From Candidatus Velthaea sp. (GTDB lineage Bacteria > Vulcanimicrobiota > Vulcanimicrobiia > Vulcanimicrobiales > Vulcanimicrobiaceae): DNA of 64,000 bases. Positions 31,702 through 41,599 of the stretch are shown one piece after another (the stretch's first letter is position 1; every line of letters begins with the position of its first letter). Made by a program: the position numbers and the translations under genes. Location of the stretch: assembly GCA_965214935.1 (NCBI GenBank), contig CBDCCS010000018.1:416001-480000 (forward strand). The letters are read 5' to 3'. Under the pieces are notes generated by a model, which saw nothing but the letters and a program-made list of their open reading frames with translations, made no database searches and was not told the origin of the DNA.

Positions 31702-32987
31702 CCGAACGCGCGACCGCCGACATTGCGCCTGCGGCGCTCGAACGCGAGCAGATCGAACTGCTGCAACTGCTCTACCTGTGCCCCGTAGCGATCGCGCGCC
31801 TCAATGCCGTCGGAAAGATTCTGCTGATGAATCCGTACGGTGCCCAGCTGCTTATGCCCGTCGCGCAGAACGGCGCGTTGCATAATCTCTTCGATCTGCT
31901 CGAACCGCTGGCACCCGAAGTCGCCGAAATGGCGCGGCGCTTCGAGGGCCGCGCGGGCAAAGTTTGCGACGAACATCGGGTCACGTTTCCGGGCCGAACG
32001 TCGGGCGCCGCAACAACGATCGTCGCCGTAACGCTGCAAAAGGTCGACCCCGATACATTTGTCGCGGTCATGACCGACGTGAGCGCGGCAGCAAACCGCG
32101 AACGTTTCGTCCGGCTAAGCGAAGAGCGGCTGCACGCCGTGCTCGACGGCTTGACGCAATACTCGGTTTGCACCGTCGATCCCAACGGAATGATAACGAG
32201 CTGGAACCGGGCCGCGGAACGGATGGACGATTACCGCAGCGACGAGACGATGGGACGGCATATCGACATGCTCGTCGGCCGCGTCGGAACCACGAAAAGC
32301 CCGATGAGTAAACGACTCGACTTGGCGCGGCGTAACGGCTCGCATCAATTCGAGTCATGGCGCGTACGCAAAGACGGTCGTCAGTATTGGGCCAGTACTT
32401 CGATTTCCGCGCTGTACGACAAAGACGGAACGTCGCCGTTAGGTTTTTCGATCATTGCCACGGATCTCACCGAGCAACGCCGGGCGGAAGACCGGCTGCG
32501 CGTGCAGGCATCGATCGATCCGCTCACCGGCGCGCTCAATCGAAGATCGTTCTTTGAGATCGCGCGACGCGAGCGAGCGCTGGCGGCGGAAAATCACGAA
32601 TCGGTCGGCATGCTGTTGCTCGACGCGGACCACTTCAAAAACGTCAACGATACGCACGGACATGAAGCCGGCGACCTTACCTTGCAACGTATCGTCGAAG
32701 ACTGCCGCCAAGAGATTCGCGCGCAAGACGTTCTAGGCCGATTCGGTGGCGAAGAGTTCGCGGTGTTCTTGCCCGGCTGCGACGTGCAAGCCGCGCGCGA
32801 TGTGGCCGAACGCGTCCGCGCGCGGATAGCTGCGGGCAGCGGTCCGCACATCGTGCCGTGTACGGTGAGTATCGGCGTCGTTGCTTGCCAAGATGCCGCA
32901 GAGAGCGTTGAGGCGTTGATGCGTCGCGCCGACGCTGCCATGTATGTTGCGAAGGATAAGAGCCGAAACTGCGTGGTCGTCGCGTAG
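31692..32987 (+). CDS. PAS-domain diguanylate cyclase
   Basis: PAS-like N-terminus, PAS/PAC (SWNRAAE, RKDG), DPLTGALNR, DADHFKNVND, RAQD I-site, GRFGGEEF; overlaps the pyp stop by 10 nt. Confidence 0.92.
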   Translation: MDVAERATADIAPAALEREQIELLQLLYLCPVAIARLNAVGKILLMNPYGAQLLMPVAQNGALHNLFDLLEPLAPEVAEMARRFEGRAGKVCDEHRVTFPGRTSGAATTIVAVTLQKVDPDTFVAVMTDVSAAANRERFVRLSEERLHAVLDGLTQYSVCTVDPNGMITSWNRAAERMDDYRSDETMGRHIDMLVGRVGTTKSPMSKRLDLARRNGSHQFESWRVRKDGRQYWASTSISALYDKDGTSPLGFSIIATDLTEQRRAEDRLRVQASIDPLTGALNRRSFFEIARRERALAAENHESVGMLLLDADHFKNVNDTHGHEAGDLTLQRIVEDCRQEIRAQDVLGRFGGEEFAVFLPGCDVQAARDVAERVRARIAAGSGPHIVPCTVSIGVVACQDAAESVEALMRRADAAMYVAKDKSRNCVVVA

Positions 32988-33000
32988 TCGCGACGTCGTG

Positions 33001-33696
33001 CTAAAAGCTGCTACGGAAGGCCGGAATCGGCGCCAGCATCACCGCGTCCAATGCGAGTACCGGAGTCGGCGCCGCCGAGGACGCGTCCGCGCCGAGCGTG
33101 GCCTGACCTGCGTGACGGCGGTGCGCGGCATACGGGCTCCACGCTACGGCAACGCTGCTGTGAAGTTGCCGGTAGACGCGCAGTACCTTGACGACGTAGC
33201 GTTGCGTCTCGTCATACGGCGGAATGCCGCCGTACATCTTTACCGCATTTGGTCCGGCGTTGTAACCGGCAATTGCCTTCTCGAACCAATGCTGTTGTCC
33301 GCGAAAACGGTCGAGCAGCAGTTTGAGATAGTTCGACGTGCCGCGCAGATTCTCGGACGCATCACGCGGATTGACGCGCAGGCGTGCAGCGGTACCCGGC
33401 ATGAGTTGGCCTAAGCCGCGTGCCCCGGCTCGCGACACGGCGTTCGCACGCCATGACGACTCGACGGTGACGATCGCCATGATGAAACGCGGATCGACTT
33501 TCGTGCGCTGCGCATCGGCGAGAACGGAGATTGCGTATTTGCGACGCTGCCAATCGGGCAACCGCGGATTCATGACGCGCAGGATCGTTGCGTACGCCCT
33601 TACTGCGCTGACAGAGCGCTCGCGAGCGCACACCGGCGGCGCGGCTACACAACAAAATGCGAGCGCCGCAATAAGCGGCACGATTCGGCGTGGCAT
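33001..33696 (-). CDS. Lytic transglycosylase (SLT domain), secreted
   Basis: AIVTVESS, SRAGARGLGQLMPGTA, AGYNAGP, IPPYDETQRYV; signal peptide. Confidence 0.92.
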   Translation of the reverse strand: MPRRIVPLIAALAFCCVAAPPVCARERSVSAVRAYATILRVMNPRLPDWQRRKYAISVLADAQRTKVDPRFIMAIVTVESSWRANAVSRAGARGLGQLMPGTAARLRVNPRDASENLRGTSNYLKLLLDRFRGQQHWFEKAIAGYNAGPNAVKMYGGIPPYDETQRYVVKVLRVYRQLHSSVAVAWSPYAAHRRHAGQATLGADASSAAPTPVLALDAVMLAPIPAFRSSF

Positions 33697-33811
33697 GCGC
33701 GTAGATTGTTTGTCGACGCAAACGCAACCTGCGGCGCAGGGACTCCGGGTGATGCGGCGTGATAAGCGTAATGCCGTACGCTCGTGCGGCACTACCGGCT
33801 GGAGACAGACA

Positions 33812-34231
33812 ATGTCGTTTCTTAATAATATCGGCGGGTTACTTAATGAGTTCACGGGTGCCGCGCCCGAACAGATCGAATCGGCAACCGCCCAGCACGT
33901 CGACTCGATGGACAGCGGCGAACTTGCCGGCCACCTGACGTCGGGTGCGCAAAACATGAACAGCGGTATGCTCGGCAACCTCGCTTCATCATTGTTGGGC
34001 TCGTTAAGCAATCACGGACAGAACGCTGCGGCCGTCGACGCAGCGGGCGTTTCGACCGATGCGGCGCAAAGCGGCGATCCAAGCGCAGTTACATCACTCA
34101 TCGAGCATGCACAACAAAACCCCGGTGCGCTCAAGGATGCAGCAATCGACTTCATCAAGAATAACCCGCAAGCAGTCGAGCAATTTGCGCCCGGCTTTCT
34201 CAAGGGCATTCTTTCAAAGTTCAGCAGTTAA
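33812..34231 (+). CDS. Hypothetical helical protein (139 aa)
   Basis: GGAG precedes ATG 33812 (MSFLNNIGGLL...); the upstream part of ORF 33338 overlaps the SLT gene and is spurious. Confidence 0.7.
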   Translation: MSFLNNIGGLLNEFTGAAPEQIESATAQHVDSMDSGELAGHLTSGAQNMNSGMLGNLASSLLGSLSNHGQNAAAVDAAGVSTDAAQSGDPSAVTSLIEHAQQNPGALKDAAIDFIKNNPQAVEQFAPGFLKGILSKFSS

Positions 34232-34287
34232 CGCAGCCGCGTTCGAGCGGCCGAGGCGCCGCCGGCCGCGTGCATCGAAGCGCGTAA

Positions 34288-37200
34288 ATGGAGCCGACAC
34301 CATTGCGCACGGCGCAGGCTCGTCATCCGTTCCGATGGCTGGCCCTTGGTGCCCTTACGCTGTTGCTCGTTATTGCGGCCGGCGCCGTTGCATTTTGTAA
34401 CAATGCGGCGCGCATTGCGTTGCAGTCGGCCGGCCGTAGTCTGGGGTACACGCTGACGACCGGATCGCTCGACGTCGGACTCGGCGGAGCGGTCGCTGCA
34501 GGCGTACGTGTCGTCAACAGCAAGGGCGAGCCCGTTTTCGACGCGCGTCGAGTCGCCGTGCGTTATTCACTGCGCGATCTGTTACCGGGCGGAAAGCGGT
34601 TATTCGGTCTCGTGTCGGTGGCGATCGATGCACCGCACGTGACGGTCATCCATCACGCCGACGGCACGTATAACATTACGTTGCCGGCAAGTTCAACGCA
34701 AAGGTCGCGCGCGGCCGGTGCGCCGCTCGATGTTGCCTTGCATGTCGGCGGGGGTTCGGTCGATCTCATCGATCGTTACGTTGCAGCCCCGCGCGAGCGG
34801 CGTCAACGGCTCGTCGACGTCAATGCCGACGGCGCGATTGCTGCACGCGCCGCTTATCACGGCGGCGCAACGTTCGTCGATGCCGGCGTGCGCTATCCGC
34901 TCAGCGCGACCGGCCGCTTTGCCGACGCACGCGGTTTTGAATTCCAGCAAATCAGTGCCGCGCGTTTACCGGTCGCCGCGCTTGCCGATTTCGTTTTGTC
35001 GACTCGTGCCGTTGTAGTCGAGGCCGGCGAAATCGACGATCTGCGAGTGAAAGTCGGCGCTCTTGCGACGTCCGCGGGCGCGTTGCAACAACATTTCGGC
35101 GTCGCCGGCCGGCTCGCAGGTATCCGCCTGGCGGCAACTGCGCTCGCGAAACCGGTCCGCGACGTGAGCGGCGCCTTCGTCGTCGATGACGATAGTGCGA
35201 CGCTCACGAACGTAACTGCAGCGATCAACGGCGTGCCGTTGCGCGTCCGCGGGGCGCTTTATCACTTCGCCGCGCCGCAAGTTGCGTTCGCCGTCACGCT
35301 CGCCGGCGATCTGCGCCGCTTGCGCGAATTGTCGGCCGATGTCGCGAAGTTACCGATCGCCGGAGCCGTCGGGGTGCAAGCCTTAGCCGAAGGCCCGGCG
35401 GCAAACCCGCTCGTCTTCGCGCGCTTCAGCGCGCCGAACATTCACTACGCGGCGTTCCGATTCGACCGCCCCCATGGTTTCGTCGCGGTCTCCGGTCAAG
35501 AGCTCGACGTCCTCGCGGCGAGCTTATACTACGGCGCCGTCGGGATCGACGCGGCCGGTGCATTGCGGCTGGCGCGCCACACGCAAACGACGGGCTTTGC
35601 CCGCATCGCGGCACCGGCGAACTCGTTGCCGTACGTCGATGCGCTCGTGCCGGGAATGGCTCTGGACGGCAACGCGGTCGTGCGCGGCACCGACTCGCGT
35701 TTGGCGGCGCGCGGCTATCTCGGCGGTTCGCATGCCGGCGACCGGCTCGACGTGCCCTTTTCGGTCGAGCCGGCGGGCAGCGGCACGATCGGACCGCTCG
35801 TCCTCGCGCGGCATGACGGCGCGTCGGCGTACGGCCGGGCGCGTTTCGACCGCGGAGCAAGAACCACCGTAGCCGTCTTCGATGCGCGGGCAATCTCGCT
35901 GCTACCGGCTCCGGCGATCGCCTTGCCGGGCTTGAGCGTGCCGCCGTTGCCCGGCCGGCTCGATGGGAAGTTGGATGCAACCATTGCCGGCGTTGCGACG
36001 GGCACGTCACTTGCCGGTCTGGACGGCGGGTTGCATGCCTATGGTTCGTGGGGTGACGTGCGCGCCGATGCCCGAGCTACGGGCCGGCGCTTTGCGGCGC
36101 GGGGCCGCCTGACGAGTTCGTTCGAGCGGCTGGCGGCGTTTACGGGAAACATCGGCGCCCACGGTGGGATCGACATCCCTTTTGCCGCCGTCAATGCGGG
36201 CCGAACGACGCTGGTTCAGATCGCCGGCGCGCGTTTCTCGAACGCCGCGATCCGCGGCATCCCGCTCAGCGCGGCGGACGCGACGGTCGGCGTCGGGTCG
36301 GGGCCGATCGACATCTACTCCGCCGGCATCCGGGTCGCCGGTTCAAACATTACCGCCGAAGGCCGCTTCGGCAACGGCGGCCGCGTGCAAATCACCGCAA
36401 GCGGCGTCGATGTAGCCGCCTTGCGAGCCGCGGGCGTGCCGTTCGTCAACGGGCACGCAACCGTCATTGCCGATATCGGCGGCACCGCGGCGAAGCCGGT
36501 AGCGGGCGTTTTGGCAGCGCTGGGCGGTGCTCGGTTCGGCAACGCGGACTTCGGGGCGAACGTCGGGCTGACCTATGACGGTGCAACGGTGCAACTCGAT
36601 CGCGCGACCGTTACCTTCGGCGGGGCTTTCGCGAATGCGGCCGGGACGGTCGGCGGCCTCGTCCCCGGTCATTTTGCGCCGCGCTACGCGCTCGCCGCGC
36701 GGCTCGAAGACGCCGATATCGCGACCTTGGCGCGGACGGTCAAGACGCCGCTGCGCTACCCCGAAGGAACGATCGACGCGAACGTGCGTGTCGGGGGCGC
36801 TGCGGCGCTGCCGTCGGTCAACGGTTCGCTGCTCCTGCCCGAAGGATCGCTCAACGGACTGAGTTTTCGTGACGGGCGGGTGGATTTCGACGGGACGCCC
36901 GCGGCGTTACGCGCGGACGGCGGGCGGCTGACGGTCGGCGGAACGACGCTTGATTTCGGCGCGCGTGTCTCGCGCTCGGCTCAAAGCGTGCGGCTGCGGA
37001 CAGCTCAGCTGGATCTTGCCGACTTCAACGACTACTTTGATGAAGCCGACGTCTTGGCCGGAACCGGCCGCGTGGCCGTCGCCTTCGACGCGGCGCCGAC
37101 GTCGTTGCGCACGTCGGCGAATGTTGCGCTACGCAATGTTCGCTACCGGCGTTTTGCGCTCGGTCAGGCGAATGCGACGCTGAGCACGGCGGCATCGACG

Positions 37201-39336
37201 GTTCACGTGGCGGCGAATCTTGCCGGATCTAATGGAAACGTCAGCCTCAACGGAGCGATCCGGGTGCCGGATTCCGACCCCTTGCATGATGTGGTGCGCC
37301 GGTCGTACGTCGACGTTCACGCGCGCATCGCCGGCATCAACCTCGGCAACGTTTTGCCGGCGGCGGGCATCAGCGCACCGGTCGTCGGGTTCATCGACGG
37401 GTCGGCGGCCGTGCGCGGACGGTATCCGGCGCTCGCGCTCAGTACGCACGCCTCGCTCGTGCGCGGCGTGGCCGGCCGTCTACCGATCGATCGGCTGACC
37501 ATCGCTGCGACGGCCGACAATGGCCGGGGCCGGCTGACGAATCTTACGCTCGATGCACCCGGCTTGAGCGCGACGGCCGACGGAACGTTCGGTATACGCC
37601 CGGAGGACGCATTCGCGCTCAACGCGCACGTCGTCAGCCCCAATATCAATGCGCTGGTCATTGCGGCGACCGGTAAAAATCCGGCGCTTAGCGGTGCGCT
37701 CGATACTCGCACGCATTTGACCGGAACGCTCGCACGTCCCCATCTCGCGACGTCGATCGACCTCGATACGCTCACCTATAAAACGCTGACGATCCCGCAC
37801 GTGCACACCGACCTGAGCGCCACGCGTCAAAGCGTCGATGTGCGGAACGGCCTGATCCGTTTGCCGCGCGGTGGAGCGGTCGCCTTTGACGGCCGAGCGC
37901 CGCTGTCGACCCGCGCGAATACGCCGATCGCCTTCGATTTTGCACCGCACGGCGTCGACGTGCGTCCGTATTCGCCGCTGTTGCCGGACGGCTCGGTCGT
38001 CGAGGGGGTCTTCGACGGCAATGTCGGAGTTCGCGGAACGCTCGGAGCGCCGCAGCTGAGCGGCAGTCTCGGGTATTCGAATGGATCGTATCGTTCTAAT
38101 TCGCTCAAGGCGCCGCTGACGGCGATCGCCTTACAACTCGATTTTGCCGGGACGACCATAAACATCCGCCGACTGCACGCGCATGCAAATCCCGGAAACT
38201 TCGATGGTACCGGCTCGATTGCCGTCGGCGATTTGCGGAACCCCTTGCCCGGCTTGCGTACGCACATCGAACTGAGCGCTTCAAATGCAGTCGTGTTAGC
38301 GCCGAAACTCTACTCCGGCACGATCGACGGTCTTGTTACGGCGAACAAAACCGCCGGTTCAGCGCTCGGTGTCGCCGGCGATTTGACGTTCTCAAAAGCA
38401 CGGATACCGTACACCGCGTTGGTGCCGAGCGGCGGTACGGCAACGGGCCCCGCACCGGTGCTGCCCGACGTTGCGCTCAATGTAGGCGTCGAGGTGGGAC
38501 GCGATGTGCGCGTGCAATCCGGTCCGGTCGACATCGGCACGACGGGTAGCGCGCGTTTAGGCGGAACGCTGGCCAAGCCGACCCTCGACGGACAATTCAC
38601 CGCGACCGACGGGACGGTCTCGGTTTACCGTACGTTCGTGGTGCAAAACGGCAGCACGGTAAGCTTCAATCCTGCCGACGGCATTACGCCCAGCGTCGAC
38701 GCCACTGCGGTAACGAGCATCTCCGATCCGGCCACCGACATCTTACTGCATATTACCGGTCTGTCGACGCATCTCAATCTTGCCTTTAGTTCACAACCGC
38801 AGTACAGCCAACAGCAAATTTTGGGTTTACTCGTCAACGCTCAAGCGTTTGGTGCCGTGTCGGGTGTTGCGACGACAAGCGGTGGATCGAGCGGGTCGGG
38901 CAATTCGGCAATTACCGGAATCGGCGAAGGGGTGCTCAATACGCAATTCACTCAGAAATTTCTGCAGCCGCTGAGCAGTTCGCTCGGCGGTGCGCTGGGC
39001 TTGAGCGATCTCAACGTCAATTACAATTTGAACGGCGCGGTGTCGGCAACGGCGCGCCGTAAATTAGGCAAGAACATCTCGTTTACGTACGGCGAACAAA
39101 TCGGCGGTCCAACGCCGCGCACGAGTATCGGAATCAATGTCGGTTCGGCGATCTCCGGGGCGCAATTAACGATCTATCAAGCCGCCGGTTCGTCCCGCGC
39201 TTTCGGCGGACAGTCCCTCACGCCGTACTTGCAGAGCGGCTTTTTGGCAACATCTCCGCCGAACTACACGCTGCAGTCGATCGAACCGCCGGCCGGCAGC
39301 GGATTCGTTTTTTCATATCAGCGGAAGTTCTGGTAA
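34288..39336 (+). CDS. tamB: Translocation and assembly module TamB-like protein (AsmA-like repeats)
   Basis: N-terminal TM anchor, 1682 aa of beta-rich repeats (GTxxxPxLxG), DUF490-like C-terminus (FSSQPQYSQQQILGLL) ending in YQRKFW. Confidence 0.8.
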   Translation: MEPTPLRTAQARHPFRWLALGALTLLLVIAAGAVAFCNNAARIALQSAGRSLGYTLTTGSLDVGLGGAVAAGVRVVNSKGEPVFDARRVAVRYSLRDLLPGGKRLFGLVSVAIDAPHVTVIHHADGTYNITLPASSTQRSRAAGAPLDVALHVGGGSVDLIDRYVAAPRERRQRLVDVNADGAIAARAAYHGGATFVDAGVRYPLSATGRFADARGFEFQQISAARLPVAALADFVLSTRAVVVEAGEIDDLRVKVGALATSAGALQQHFGVAGRLAGIRLAATALAKPVRDVSGAFVVDDDSATLTNVTAAINGVPLRVRGALYHFAAPQVAFAVTLAGDLRRLRELSADVAKLPIAGAVGVQALAEGPAANPLVFARFSAPNIHYAAFRFDRPHGFVAVSGQELDVLAASLYYGAVGIDAAGALRLARHTQTTGFARIAAPANSLPYVDALVPGMALDGNAVVRGTDSRLAARGYLGGSHAGDRLDVPFSVEPAGSGTIGPLVLARHDGASAYGRARFDRGARTTVAVFDARAISLLPAPAIALPGLSVPPLPGRLDGKLDATIAGVATGTSLAGLDGGLHAYGSWGDVRADARATGRRFAARGRLTSSFERLAAFTGNIGAHGGIDIPFAAVNAGRTTLVQIAGARFSNAAIRGIPLSAADATVGVGSGPIDIYSAGIRVAGSNITAEGRFGNGGRVQITASGVDVAALRAAGVPFVNGHATVIADIGGTAAKPVAGVLAALGGARFGNADFGANVGLTYDGATVQLDRATVTFGGAFANAAGTVGGLVPGHFAPRYALAARLEDADIATLARTVKTPLRYPEGTIDANVRVGGAAALPSVNGSLLLPEGSLNGLSFRDGRVDFDGTPAALRADGGRLTVGGTTLDFGARVSRSAQSVRLRTAQLDLADFNDYFDEADVLAGTGRVAVAFDAAPTSLRTSANVALRNVRYRRFALGQANATLSTAASTVHVAANLAGSNGNVSLNGAIRVPDSDPLHDVVRRSYVDVHARIAGINLGNVLPAAGISAPVVGFIDGSAAVRGRYPALALSTHASLVRGVAGRLPIDRLTIAATADNGRGRLTNLTLDAPGLSATADGTFGIRPEDAFALNAHVVSPNINALVIAATGKNPALSGALDTRTHLTGTLARPHLATSIDLDTLTYKTLTIPHVHTDLSATRQSVDVRNGLIRLPRGGAVAFDGRAPLSTRANTPIAFDFAPHGVDVRPYSPLLPDGSVVEGVFDGNVGVRGTLGAPQLSGSLGYSNGSYRSNSLKAPLTAIALQLDFAGTTINIRRLHAHANPGNFDGTGSIAVGDLRNPLPGLRTHIELSASNAVVLAPKLYSGTIDGLVTANKTAGSALGVAGDLTFSKARIPYTALVPSGGTATGPAPVLPDVALNVGVEVGRDVRVQSGPVDIGTTGSARLGGTLAKPTLDGQFTATDGTVSVYRTFVVQNGSTVSFNPADGITPSVDATAVTSISDPATDILLHITGLSTHLNLAFSSQPQYSQQQILGLLVNAQAFGAVSGVATTSGGSSGSGNSAITGIGEGVLNTQFTQKFLQPLSSSLGGALGLSDLNVNYNLNGAVSATARRKLGKNISFTYGEQIGGPTPRTSIGINVGSAISGAQLTIYQAAGSSRAFGGQSLTPYLQSGFLATSPPNYTLQSIEPPAGSGFVFSYQRKFW

Positions 39337-40077
39337 ATGGCGGCGCAACCGGCAACGCGTTTGACGGCGACGATCGGACTTTCTGCCACCCGGGAGGCGG
39401 CACCGGAATATATGCGGGCCATCGAAGAAACCGGCGCTCGCGTCCGGCTCCTGCAATTTTCCGTCGAGCGGCTCGACGAACAACTTGCGGATGTGGGCGG
39501 CATCGTGCTATCGGATGGCGGCGATGTCGAGCCGCGCGCGTACGGCAACCGCAGCGAGCTCGTTGCCAGTGTCGATCCGGTAAGGGATGATTTTGAGATT
39601 GCCCTCGTGCGGCGAGCGCGCGAACGCAAGCTTCCGACCTTTTGTATCTGCCGCGGCTTGCAAATCGCCAACGTTGCTTTCGGCGGCACGCTCGTGCCGG
39701 ATATCGGTACGGCACGCGGCGCGGATGTCGCGTCGCTGCACCGTCTGCAACATGCCGGTGCGGCCTTTCGCGGCCTCATTGCCGGCCATGACGTCGCAAT
39801 CGATTCAAGTTCGCTGTTGGCAACGCTCGTCGGGACTTCGATGACGACCGGTTCGCGCCATCATCAGAGCCTCGATGCAATCGCGCCGGAGCTGCGCGTC
39901 GTCGCGACGACACCCGATTCCATCGTTGAAGCGGCAGAAGCCCGCTTCGCTTCGCCGTTTTGGCTCGGCGTGCAATGGCATCCGGAATCGACCATGGAAG
40001 TTGACGGCGGGACGGGCCGCGCCATGTTTGCGGCCTTCGTTACGGCGGCCAGCCGTTACATCGGAGATTCGCCATGA
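39337..40077 (+). CDS. Peptidase C26 / gamma-glutamyl-GABA hydrolase family glutamine amidotransferase
   Basis: [29 protein letters not shown]. Confidence 0.9.
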   Translation: MAAQPATRLTATIGLSATREAAPEYMRAIEETGARVRLLQFSVERLDEQLADVGGIVLSDGGDVEPRAYGNRSELVASVDPVRDDFEIALVRRARERKLPTFCICRGLQIANVAFGGTLVPDIGTARGADVASLHRLQHAGAAFRGLIAGHDVAIDSSSLLATLVGTSMTTGSRHHQSLDAIAPELRVVATTPDSIVEAAEARFASPFWLGVQWHPESTMEVDGGTGRAMFAAFVTAASRYIGDSP

Positions 40078-41480
40078 CCGACGAGCCGTATACCAAAAGC
40101 GCCGCAGCTCCGATCGTTCTACACATCGGCATCGGCTCGTTCCATCGCGCGCATCAAGCCTGGTACTTGCATAAGCTGCTCGAAAGCGGCGCAACGAACT
40201 GGACCCTCGCGGCGGCGAGCATTCGCAGCGACATGGCGCCGCTGCTCGATGCGTTAAGCGCGCAAAACGGTGCGTATACGCTCGAGACCGTCACCCCGCA
40301 AGGCGTACGCGCATACGAACTCATTCGATCGATTCGGCGCATCGTGCCCTGGGATGCCGAGTGCCGGGGAATCGTCGAAGTCGGCTCGCTTGCGCAGACG
40401 CGTATTATCTCGTTCACGGTAACCGAAGGCGGATATTATCTTGACGACGCGCATCATCTCGACCCGACGAATGCCGATCTGGCAGCCGATTTAGGCGGCG
40501 AGCGGCGCACGATATACGGCACGATCGCTGCGGTTTTAAGCGAACGGTTAGCGCGCGGGTCCGGCCCCGTTACGTTGCTCAATTGCGATAATTTGCGCAG
40601 CAACGGCGACCGCTTTCACGGCGGTCTGCTCGAGTTTCTCGAAATGCGCGGCGAACGCGACGTACAGCGCTACGTGCGCGAATCCACGACGTCGCCGAAC
40701 TCGATGGTCGATCGCATCACCCCCCGGCCGAACGACGACGTTCGCGAGCGCGTTCGAACAGCCACCGGCTTCGATGACGCTTGTCCGGTCATGGCCGAAG
40801 ACTTCATCCAATGGGTGATCGAGGATGAGTTCGCAGCCGGAAGGCCGCCGTGGGAACTTGCCGGGGCGCAGCTCGTTGCTTCGGTTGCACCGTTCGAGGA
40901 AGCGAAAATCCGCATTCTCAATTCGAGTCACAGCTGCATTGCTTGGGCCGGAACGCTGCTTGGGATGCGGTTTATTCACGAAGCGACCGCCGACCCGCAG
41001 ATTCGCCGCATGGCATACGACTACACTACCGACGACGTCATACCGTGCTTGACCCCAAGCCCGCTCGATCTTGGCGCCTACCGCGATGTCGTTCTCGATC
41101 GCTTTGCCAACCCGTACGTCGAAGATACCAATCAACGTGTTACCGCCGACGGCTTCTCGAAAATACCGGGCTTCATCGTGCCGACGTTGCGAGAGTTGCT
41201 CGAGCGCGGTGCAGCGTTGCGTTCGACGGCGTTGCTGCCGGCGTTGTTCTTCGTTTTCCTCGGACGCTGGCATCGCGGCGAGTTACCCTACGCGTATCAA
41301 GACGGCGTCATGGACCCTGCCGTCGCGCACGCATTCTTTGAGGCGCCGGATCCGTTGACGGCGTTTTGCGCCGATCGCGGCTTATGGGGCGAATTAGCCG
41401 GTAACGCCGTACTGCAGGCGGCGATCGCCGACGGCATCGGTCGCGTGCAAAACTGGCTTACAACACGCTCGGTGGCATAG
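40074..41480 (+). CDS. dalD: D-arabinitol 4-dehydrogenase / mannitol dehydrogenase family
   Basis: [57 protein letters not shown]. Confidence 0.8.
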   Translation: MTDEPYTKSAAAPIVLHIGIGSFHRAHQAWYLHKLLESGATNWTLAAASIRSDMAPLLDALSAQNGAYTLETVTPQGVRAYELIRSIRRIVPWDAECRGIVEVGSLAQTRIISFTVTEGGYYLDDAHHLDPTNADLAADLGGERRTIYGTIAAVLSERLARGSGPVTLLNCDNLRSNGDRFHGGLLEFLEMRGERDVQRYVRESTTSPNSMVDRITPRPNDDVRERVRTATGFDDACPVMAEDFIQWVIEDEFAAGRPPWELAGAQLVASVAPFEEAKIRILNSSHSCIAWAGTLLGMRFIHEATADPQIRRMAYDYTTDDVIPCLTPSPLDLGAYRDVVLDRFANPYVEDTNQRVTADGFSKIPGFIVPTLRELLERGAALRSTALLPALFFVFLGRWHRGELPYAYQDGVMDPAVAHAFFEAPDPLTAFCADRGLWGELAGNAVLQAAIADGIGRVQNWLTTRSVA

Positions 41481-41599
41481 CCCCCGAGCTTCGTTTGGTT
41501 GGCGTAACAACGCGTAAAGGTTCCGATAGCACGCGCTTTTTCCGGCGATGCGTTCCGATATGCAGATTAACGTCTTGTCTGTGAACGGATCGCTATTGC

